From contig JAFATB010000019.1 in NCBI GenBank assembly GCA_019244185.1, positions 64,001 to 128,000 of the forward strand: a stretch of DNA of 64,000 nt, read 5' to 3'. How positions within the stretch are numbered: the first letter of the stretch is position 1; each line of letters starts with the position of its first letter. This document shows positions 38,943 to 46,480 of this stretch, piece by piece. The notes under the pieces are model-generated. The model made no database searches, was not told the DNA's origin, and saw only the letters and a program-made list of their open reading frames with translations. Source of the DNA: Acidobacteriota bacterium. Its GTDB lineage: Bacteria > Acidobacteriota > Thermoanaerobaculia > Gp7-AA8. A program made the translations under genes and the position numbers.

Positions 38943-40574
38943 ATGTCCCGCCCCCGGATCCTCCTCGCCGGCGTACTCCTGCTGCTCCTCGCCTGCAAAC
39001 GCGACGTCTCGAAGCTCGACGACGTGCAGAAGATGGCGTACGCGGTGAAGCCGGCGGTCGTGCGCATCAGCGCGTACGCGACGGCGCAGTTCCGCTATCC
39101 CGCGTCCGCGATCGCGCGCATCGAACAGCAACTGCGCGCCGACAAACACGAGTTGCGCGCGCGCGACGTCTCCGGCGCCGAGCTGGTCGCCGACACCGGC
39201 GCCGGCGGCTCGGGCAGCGGCTTTCTCGTGCATCCCGACGGCGTGATTCTGACGAGCGGCCACGTCGTGGCGCCGACGCGCGACGAAGACGCGCTCGCGC
39301 GCGAGCTGCGCCGCAACGGCGCGATCGCCGCGCTCGTGCGCCACTTCCCCGTCGACACGCTGCGCACGATCTACCGCGACGAAGAGCTCGACCGCTACCT
39401 CGTGCCGCTCGCCGCGGCGGGACGCATCGAGCAGACGAAGGTCGTCAATCAGGTCGAGCTCTCGAACGGCGAGACGCTGCCGTTCCGCATCCGCCGCTTC
39501 TCGCCGGCCCTCTACGCGCGCGGCGACGATCTCGCGGTGCTGCAGATCGATCGCAAGGCGCTGCCGTCGCTGCCGCTCGGCGACTCGGAAGCGACACGTG
39601 TCGGCGAGTCGATCTGGTCGGTCGGTTATCCCGCCGTCGCGAGCAGCAGCGACGACGTCATCGGCGGCTGGCTCTCGCGCGACAGCGATCTCGAGGCGAC
39701 GTTCAATCCGGGGACGATCACGGCGATCAAACGCAACGTCGCGAACGTGCCCGTCTTCCAGTCGAACGTTGCGATCTATCGCGGCAACTCCGGCGGACCG
39801 GCGGTGAACCGCGACGGCGAAGTCATCGGCGTGTCGACGTGGGGACACACGAACGCCGAGCAGATCAAGTTCCTCGTCCCGGTCAACGTCGCGAAGCAGT
39901 TTCTCGCCGCCGCGGGCGTGACGCCGTCGACGGAAGGCGCATTCAACGAGCATTACCGCGCCGCGCTCGAAGCCGCGGGCAACGGGCGGTGGGTGGACGC
40001 GAAGCGCGAGCTCGAGCGCGCGGCGCCGCTCTTCCGCAACTCGCCGGAGCTCATTCGTTTCGGCCGCGACGCGAACCGCGCCATCGCCGCGATGCCGGCG
40101 TGGCGGCGGCATCCGTACGCGGCGCTTGCCATCGTGCTCGCGTTCGTCGCCGGTCTCATCACCGCGCTCGTGGCCGCGCGTCGCGCGCGCACGCCGCGGT
40201 TCCCGCCGGACGTGCTGAAAGCGGCGACGATCGAGACCGTCGTCGCGCCGACCGGCGTGCTCTCTTCGCACGCGGCGCTCGGCCGTTTTACGATCCTCAA
40301 CGGCACGCGCGCGGGCGAGAAGCTCGGCCTCGGCGGCTCGGGCATCCGCATCGGGCGCGAATCGACAATTTGTGAGATCGTATTGGAGAATCCGAAGGTG
40401 TCGCGGCTCCACGCGGAAGTGGTTTCGATCGACGGCAAGGTCCTGCTGATCGACCGGAATTCCTCGAACGGCACGTACGTCAACGACCAGAAGATCGACA
40501 AGCGATTCCTCAAGGACGGCGACATCATCTACTTCGGCGGCCGCAACGCCGTCGCGGTGGCGTTTCACGCGTGA
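38943..40574 (+). CDS. Trypsin-like serine protease (lipoprotein signal) with TM helix and C-terminal FHA domain
   Basis: LLAC lipobox; catalytic triad TSGHVV / DLAVL / GNSGGP; TM helix; FHA IGR..VSRLHA..SSNGT. Confidence 0.88.
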   Translation: MSRPRILLAGVLLLLLACKRDVSKLDDVQKMAYAVKPAVVRISAYATAQFRYPASAIARIEQQLRADKHELRARDVSGAELVADTGAGGSGSGFLVHPDGVILTSGHVVAPTRDEDALARELRRNGAIAALVRHFPVDTLRTIYRDEELDRYLVPLAAAGRIEQTKVVNQVELSNGETLPFRIRRFSPALYARGDDLAVLQIDRKALPSLPLGDSEATRVGESIWSVGYPAVASSSDDVIGGWLSRDSDLEATFNPGTITAIKRNVANVPVFQSNVAIYRGNSGGPAVNRDGEVIGVSTWGHTNAEQIKFLVPVNVAKQFLAAAGVTPSTEGAFNEHYRAALEAAGNGRWVDAKRELERAAPLFRNSPELIRFGRDANRAIAAMPAWRRHPYAALAIVLAFVAGLITALVAARRARTPRFPPDVLKAATIETVVAPTGVLSSHAALGRFTILNGTRAGEKLGLGGSGIRIGRESTICEIVLENPKVSRLHAEVVSIDGKVLLIDRNSSNGTYVNDQKIDKRFLKDGDIIYFGGRNAVAVAFHA

Positions 40575-40600
40575 GGCTGTGAATCTGGAGAGGGTGGATC

Positions 40601-41230
40601 GTGGCTGACAAGCGATGTGAGAACGGGCACTTCATCGACGAGTCCTGGGATCTCTGTCCTTACTGTCCGCAGGATGCCAGCGAGCCCGAGATCCCGGTGG
40701 TGCGCCCGCGTGCGGCCGAGCTCTCGCCGCGCGCCGTCGCGTCCGCCGCGGCTCCGGCGCCCGACGCCGCGCCACGGCGCGTAACGTCGAGCGGGTCCGC
40801 CGCCGCCGTCGCGTCACCTCCGCCGCAGCAGCAGATCGAGCGAACCGTGGCCTCGCGTTTGGAAGCGGGCGCGCAGCAGAAGCGCTACGTCGTCGGCTGG
40901 CTGATCGGCCTCAACGGCGCGTCGCGCGGCGAGTCGTTCCCCGTGCGCATGGGACGCAACGTCATCGGCCGCGACCGGCGCTCCGACATCGTGATCGCGG
41001 ACGATCAGGCGTCGTCGCACCACGCCGATCTCGTCTTTCGTCCCGAGGAGCGGCGGTACATCCTCATGGACCACAACTCGACCAACGGCACGTACGTGAA
41101 CGAGGCCGAGATCGAGCCGCGGCGCGATCTCATCGGCAAGGACGTCGTGCGCATCGGCTCGCACCGCTTCGTCTTCATGCCGCTCTGCCACGACGGCTTC
41201 TACTGGGATGACGAGGGCCTGCTGCAATGA
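40601..41230 (+). CDS. Zinc-ribbon plus FHA domain protein
   Basis: CENGH...CPYC, VVGWL, IGR..SSHHA..STNGT. Confidence 0.87.
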   Translation: MADKRCENGHFIDESWDLCPYCPQDASEPEIPVVRPRAAELSPRAVASAAAPAPDAAPRRVTSSGSAAAVASPPPQQQIERTVASRLEAGAQQKRYVVGWLIGLNGASRGESFPVRMGRNVIGRDRRSDIVIADDQASSHHADLVFRPEERRYILMDHNSTNGTYVNEAEIEPRRDLIGKDVVRIGSHRFVFMPLCHDGFYWDDEGLLQ

Positions 41231-42462
41231 TCGGCAGTCTCACGGGCAACACGATCGGCAACTACCGCATCGACCGCGAGATCGGCGAAGGCGGCATGAG
41301 CCACGTCTACGTCGGGCGCACCGTCGCCGCGACGGACGTGCTCCCCGAGGATTACCAGGTCGTCCTGAAGGTGATGTCGGACGAGCTCGCGGGCGACCTC
41401 ACCGCGCGCAAGCGCTTCATCAAGGAAGCGTCGATCCTCTCGAAGCTGCGCCACCGTTACATCACGCGCTTCTACGAGTTCATCAACAACGCGGACGGCG
41501 CGGTGCTGGTGATGGAGTTCGTCGAGGGAACGCCGGTCGACGTGCTGCTCTCCGAGCGCGGCGCGCTGCCGGTCAACGACGCGATCAACACCGCGCAGTG
41601 CCTGCTCGAGGCGCTCGTCTACGCGCACGGCAAAGGCATCGTGCATCGCGACATCAAGCCGGCGAACCTCATCCGCGAAGCGAGCGGCGTCGTGAAGGTG
41701 ACGGACTTCGGCATCGCCAAGATCAAAGAAGGCGCGGGCACGCCCGGTTCGACCGTGCTCACGAAGTCGGGCTTTCTCCTCGGCACGCCGCACTACATGT
41801 CGCCCGAGCAGATCCGCGAGCCGAAGGACGCGGGCGCGAAGAGCGACGTCTACTCCGCGGGCGTCGTGCTGTACGAGATGCTCACCGGCGCGCTGCCGTT
41901 CAACAGCCGCTCGCTGCCGAAGCTGATCGACGCGATCTATCGCGGCGAGAAGCAGCCGCCGAGCGCGCTGCGTCCCGAGGTCGGCAAAGAGCTCGAGCAG
42001 ATCGTGATCAAGGCGATGCAGCCGCGCGCCGACCAGCGCTACGAGACCGCGCGCGAGTTCTTCGAGGCGCTCGAGGAGTACACCGCGCGGCAGCCGATCG
42101 GCATCACCGCGCGCCACGCCGCCGCGCCGCCCGAGCCGCCCCCCCCGCCCGCCGTCGAAGCGGCGAAGCATTGGGCGCTCGTGAACGTGAAACCCGAGGC
42201 GAACGAGAAGCACGCCATCCTCGGCGACAGCGTGATGGTCGGCCGCGACCGCACCTGCTCGATCGTGCTCGCGCATCCGGCCGTGTCGCGCCGCCACGCG
42301 CGCATCACCCTCGGCGGCGCCGCGCCGGTGCTCGAGGACCTGCAGTCCGCGAATGGAACGTACGTCAACAACGCGCGCATCGAGCGCGCGGTGCTCAAGC
42401 CGGGCGACATCGTCCGCTTCGGCGCCGACCCGTCGTGCAGTTACGTGTTGCGAGACCACTAG
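41227..42462 (+). CDS. Ser/Thr protein kinase with C-terminal FHA domain
   Basis: IGEGGM, HRDIKPAN, DFG, GTPHYMSPE; FHA VGR..VSRRHA..SANGT. Confidence 0.93.
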   Translation: MIGSLTGNTIGNYRIDREIGEGGMSHVYVGRTVAATDVLPEDYQVVLKVMSDELAGDLTARKRFIKEASILSKLRHRYITRFYEFINNADGAVLVMEFVEGTPVDVLLSERGALPVNDAINTAQCLLEALVYAHGKGIVHRDIKPANLIREASGVVKVTDFGIAKIKEGAGTPGSTVLTKSGFLLGTPHYMSPEQIREPKDAGAKSDVYSAGVVLYEMLTGALPFNSRSLPKLIDAIYRGEKQPPSALRPEVGKELEQIVIKAMQPRADQRYETAREFFEALEEYTARQPIGITARHAAAPPEPPPPPAVEAAKHWALVNVKPEANEKHAILGDSVMVGRDRTCSIVLAHPAVSRRHARITLGGAAPVLEDLQSANGTYVNNARIERAVLKPGDIVRFGADPSCSYVLRDH

Positions 42463-42470
42463 GTGAGCTC

Positions 42471-44336
42471 ATGAGCATGATTCCCTGTTTACGCTGTAAA
42501 CAACAGATCGATTCGGAGTACGACCTCTGCCCGCACTGCGGCGAGAAGGTCACGCTCTTCCAGCGGACCTATTCGACGCGGCTGCTCGACGGCAAGTACC
42601 AGATCATCGACCGGCTCGGCGTCGGCGGCATGGGCGAGATCTTCAAGGTCCGCCACATCCATCTCAACGAGCTGCGCGTGATCAAGATCATGCGCCCGAA
42701 CGTGGCCGCGGACGATCAGGGGCTGCAGCGCTTCCTCCAGGAGGCGCGCACCTCGACCATGATCAAGCACAAGAACCTGGCCATGCTGTACGACTTCGCG
42801 CAGCTCGAAGACGGGTCGTACTACATGGTCTGGGAGTTCATCGACGGCACGAACATTCAGAAGTGGATCGCGCAGAACGGCGCGCTGCCGCCGCGCCTCA
42901 CCGTGGAGATCTCGATCCAGGCGCTGCACGGCCTCGATCACCTCCATTCCATGGGCTTGATTCACCGCGACGTCTCGCCCGAGAACATCATGCTGTCGCA
43001 GGACCATCACGGAAAGCTGCTCGTGAAGGTCATCGACTTCGGCATCGCCAAACAGCTAGCCGAAGGCGAAGGCGGCCAGGGTCTCACGCAGACCGGCATG
43101 TTCCTCGGAAAACTGAAGTATGCGTCGCCGGAACAGGCCGGCTTCCTCAAAGAGAACGAACACCTCGATCCGCGCAGCGATCTCTATTCGTTCGGCATCG
43201 TGATGTACGAGATGCTCGCCGGACGCGCGCCGTTCCAAGCCACGAACCCGCACGGCTACATCCTCAAGCACGTCACCGAGAAACCCGCGCCGATCGCGGA
43301 ACTGAACCCGGCATCGAAAGTGCCGCGGCAGCTCGAGGACGTGATCATGCGCTCGCTCGAGAAGAACCGCGACCAGCGCTTCGCCAGCGCCGCGGAGTTC
43401 GCGGAGACGCTCGAGGCGATCCGCGCGTCGATCCCGCCCGACACGAAGTACGGCCTCGGCGAGAAGATGGTCACGCTCTCCGGCGCGCAGACGCTCGCCG
43501 ATCTGCCGAAGATCACGACCACCGGTCCGTCCGCCACGTTCGGCGGCGCCGCGCAGACGCAGCAGACGCAGACCGGCGGTCCGCTTGCCGGCGGCACGAT
43601 GCCGGGCGGAACGATGCCCGGCGGAACGAACGTCGCGCCGCGCGTCGGTCCCGCCACCGGTCCCACCGGCACGCGCATCGCCGGCGATGAAGCGACCGTG
43701 ATGGAGCGCATGCCGCCGAAAGCCGGCAGCAACGAGCCGACGGTGATGGAGCGGCTCGGCACGCCCGGCGGCGCCGCGCCGACGTCCGTCGAAGCGAAGA
43801 TGCAGTGGAGCGACGCCACGCCGCCCGCCGAGCCGACGTTGCTCGAGCGGCAGTTCACCGGCGCCGCCACGCCGCCGCCCGCGAAGAAGAACAACGCCGT
43901 GCTCTTCGCCATCGCCGCCGTCGTCGTCATCGGCATCGCCGTCGGCGCCTTCATGATGACGCGCAAGCCGTCGCCCGCGCCGGTGGCGACGAACAGCGTC
44001 GCGCCGTCGGCGACCGAAGTCACCACGACCGGCGCGCCGAGCAACGCGCCCGTGCCTGCGGGCCAGGGACTGCTGCTGCTCTCCGCGTCGCCGTGGGGCG
44101 ATCTCGACAAGATCGTGAGCAAGCGCGATCAGCACGAGGTCGCGCTGAGCGACGACGCGCGCTCGACGCCCGCGCGCATTCCGCTCGAGCCGGGCTCGTA
44201 CAGCGTCACGCTCTCCGGTCCCGCCGGACAGAAGACGATCGACGTGCAGATCGAAGCCGGCAAACGCACTCCCCACAACATCGACATGGGCAACGTCGAC
44301 GTCGACGCCCTCGCGGAGGAAGTGAGCAAACCATGA
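42471..44336 (+). CDS. Transmembrane Ser/Thr kinase with N-terminal zinc ribbon and PEGA-like extracytoplasmic domain
   Basis: CLRC...CPHCG, LGVGGMG, HRDVSPEN, DFG, GKLKYASPE, TM helix, SPW...TP..I.L.PG.Y. Confidence 0.9.
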   Translation: MSMIPCLRCKQQIDSEYDLCPHCGEKVTLFQRTYSTRLLDGKYQIIDRLGVGGMGEIFKVRHIHLNELRVIKIMRPNVAADDQGLQRFLQEARTSTMIKHKNLAMLYDFAQLEDGSYYMVWEFIDGTNIQKWIAQNGALPPRLTVEISIQALHGLDHLHSMGLIHRDVSPENIMLSQDHHGKLLVKVIDFGIAKQLAEGEGGQGLTQTGMFLGKLKYASPEQAGFLKENEHLDPRSDLYSFGIVMYEMLAGRAPFQATNPHGYILKHVTEKPAPIAELNPASKVPRQLEDVIMRSLEKNRDQRFASAAEFAETLEAIRASIPPDTKYGLGEKMVTLSGAQTLADLPKITTTGPSATFGGAAQTQQTQTGGPLAGGTMPGGTMPGGTNVAPRVGPATGPTGTRIAGDEATVMERMPPKAGSNEPTVMERLGTPGGAAPTSVEAKMQWSDATPPAEPTLLERQFTGAATPPPAKKNNAVLFAIAAVVVIGIAVGAFMMTRKPSPAPVATNSVAPSATEVTTTGAPSNAPVPAGQGLLLLSASPWGDLDKIVSKRDQHEVALSDDARSTPARIPLEPGSYSVTLSGPAGQKTIDVQIEAGKRTPHNIDMGNVDVDALAEEVSKP

Positions 44337-45412
44337 ACCGCGTCCGACTCCTGTCGTTCCTCTTCGTCGCGCTCGCCGTCGCGGGCGCGGCGCAGGCTTC
44401 GTGGTACGACGATTACGACGCCGGCATCGCCGCGGCGCGCAAAGGCAACTGGAGCGTCGCGCAGCAGAAGATGTCCGCGGCGATCAAAGGCAACGCGACC
44501 GAGAGCAACAAGGCGCGCACCTACGGCGCGATCTTCATCAACTATCACCCGTACTACTACCGCGGCGTCGCCAACCTGAACCTCGGCAACTACCAGGACG
44601 CGATCAACGATCTCGAGAAGACCGCCGGCCCCGGCGAGCTCGATCTCGGTCCGATTGCGTGGCACCTCGATCGCGCGAAGACGAAGCTCGCCGCGAACGA
44701 CAACACGCCGTCGACGCCGCAGCCCGAGCCCGCCCGGCCCACGCCCGCGGCGCCGACACCGACGCCTGCCGCACCCGTCGTGACGACGCCCGCCGTGCCG
44801 TCGATCGATCCCGCGCTGCGCCAGCGCGCGACGTCGGCGCTCGGCACCGCGCGCCAGAAGCTGCAGGCCGCGCAGCAGCGCCGCGCCACGAGCTCGCAGC
44901 AGTACACGCAGGCGATGTCGATGTTCACCGACGCGACGACGCGCAGCGCGTCCGCGCGTTCGAACGACGACTGGAGCGCGATCGCATCGATGGCCGAGAA
45001 CGCGGGCGTACTCGCCGATCTCGCCACGCCGCCGAGCGCGATCCCGTCGACGAATCCCGCCACGCCGTCGCCCGCGCTCATGCCGAAGCCGGCCGCCGCG
45101 ACCGACATCGTGCTCGCCGACTACAAGGCGCAACTGCGCCGCGCTCTGGAGAACTACTTCGCCGGCGAGTTCGAGTCGGCCTCGCGCGACTTCGAAGACC
45201 TCACGCGCAAGCTTCCGGGCAACGCGTGGATCTGGGCGTTCCTCGGCGCGTCGCAGTATTCGCAGTACGCGTTCGAAGCGGACGACGCGTATCGCACGAA
45301 GGCGACGCACGCGTTCCGCAGAGCGAAGCAGTTGCGCACGTGGAGAGACGGGCTGCCGTCGAAGTACTTCTCGCGGCGCATCCGCAAGGCGTTCAGCGAG
45401 ACGGCCGGCTAG
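44333..45412 (+). CDS. Secreted TPR-containing protein
   Basis: Signal peptide (AQA-S), TPR helices at both ends, Pro/Thr linkers; ATGA overlap with the kinase. Confidence 0.78.
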   Translation: MNRVRLLSFLFVALAVAGAAQASWYDDYDAGIAAARKGNWSVAQQKMSAAIKGNATESNKARTYGAIFINYHPYYYRGVANLNLGNYQDAINDLEKTAGPGELDLGPIAWHLDRAKTKLAANDNTPSTPQPEPARPTPAAPTPTPAAPVVTTPAVPSIDPALRQRATSALGTARQKLQAAQQRRATSSQQYTQAMSMFTDATTRSASARSNDDWSAIASMAENAGVLADLATPPSAIPSTNPATPSPALMPKPAAATDIVLADYKAQLRRALENYFAGEFESASRDFEDLTRKLPGNAWIWAFLGASQYSQYAFEADDAYRTKATHAFRRAKQLRTWRDGLPSKYFSRRIRKAFSETAG

Positions 45413-45446
45413 CGAACCTGGGCGGCGAGCGCGCGCGTCGCCGCGA

Positions 45447-45479
45447 AGGTGTCATTCCGCGTTCCGCGGAATGACACCT
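45447..45479. terminator. 15-bp perfect hairpin between convergent genes (terminator or REP-like)
   Basis: AGGTGTCATTCCGCG-TTC-CGCGGAATGACACCT. Confidence 0.6.
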
Positions 45480-45498
45480 CAACGCGATGCTTCGTTCG

Positions 45499-46362
45499 TT
45501 ACTCGACGCTCGAATCGTCGGAACCGCTGCTGCCGTTGCCGCCGCCGTTCCCGCCGTTCCCGTTGCCGCCATTGCCGCTGTCGCTGCCGATCGACGGCAC
45601 GACCGAGGCCGCGACTTCGCGGACCGAATCGACTACGCGGCTGACCGCTTCGCGCGCGCGAGCGGCGACGCCGCCGCCACTCGAACGCTTGGCACTGCTG
45701 CCGCCACGCGATGACTTCGAACCGCCGCGCGATCCGGCCGACGACTTGGAGCCGCCGCGAGACGCTGCTGCGCCACGCGAGGCCGCCGACGACTTCGAAC
45801 CGCCGCGAGCTCCGCCCTTGGACGAGCCGCCCTTCGACGAGCCAGCCTTCGACGCTCCGGCCTTCGACGCTCCGGCCTTCGACGCTCCGCCCCGCGCTCC
45901 GCCTTTCGACGAACCGCCGCGCGAGGCAGCCGACGAATTCGAGCTACCGCCGCGGGAAGCCGCTCCGCCGCGCGAGGCCGCGGACGACTTCGAGCCGCCG
46001 CGCGCTCCGCCCTTGGACGAGGTGCCCTTCGACGAGCTGCCCTTCGAGGAACCGCCCTTCGATGCGCTGCCCTTCGATGCACTGCCCTTCGAGGAGCCGC
46101 CGCGCGAGGCCGCGGACGACTTCGAGCCGCCGCGCGCTCCGCCCTTCGACGCCGCGCCGCGCGAGGCGGCCGACGCCTTCGAAGCGGACTTCGACGACGA
46201 CGACTTGGAGGACGACTTCGACGAGGACTTGCTACCGCCGCCGCCGCTCTTCGAGGATTTGCTCGACGGACTCGACTTGCTCGAGCTTTTCGCCGAGGAC
46301 TTCGTGCCCTTCGAGCCGCCACCCTTCGACGACTTCGATGCACTCTTCTTTGCTGCAGCCAT
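45499..46362 (-). CDS. Highly basic Ser/Lys/Gly/Ala low-complexity protein with RGG repeats (histone H1-like)
   Basis: AGGAGA upstream of the ATG; MAAAKKSASK start; repeated SKGGARGGSKSSAASRGG; amphipathic C-terminal helix. Confidence 0.72.
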   Translation of the reverse strand: MAAAKKSASKSSKGGGSKGTKSSAKSSSKSSPSSKSSKSGGGGSKSSSKSSSKSSSSKSASKASAASRGAASKGGARGGSKSSAASRGGSSKGSASKGSASKGGSSKGSSSKGTSSKGGARGGSKSSAASRGGAASRGGSSNSSAASRGGSSKGGARGGASKAGASKAGASKAGSSKGGSSKGGARGGSKSSAASRGAAASRGGSKSSAGSRGGSKSSRGGSSAKRSSGGGVAARAREAVSRVVDSVREVAASVVPSIGSDSGNGGNGNGGNGGGNGSSGSDDSSVE

Positions 46363-46480
46363 GTGAGTTTCTCCTGTTCAAAAGTTACCGGGTGGGGGAG
46401 CCGTACTTTTTGTCCAGAGATCGCTGCAAGGGACGCAACCCGGTGTACGAGTTGCACGAAAACCAATGTAGACGAACGCA

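Noticed and set aside
37737-44336. Type VI secretion regulatory locus (PpkA/PppA/Fha)
   Set aside because: No tss, hcp or vgrG genes in the window, and the domain architectures differ.
45449-46366. Plus-strand 305-aa acidic repeat ORF (DEPPF/FEPPR)
   Set aside because: Exact antisense of the basic RGG protein; the minus strand has the Shine-Dalgarno and a typical MAAAKK start.
46441-46456. Sigma54-like GG-N10-GC (CGGTGTACGAGTTGCA) upstream of the PBP gene
   Set aside because: The -24 element deviates from TGGCAC and such matches are frequent by chance; too weak to report.
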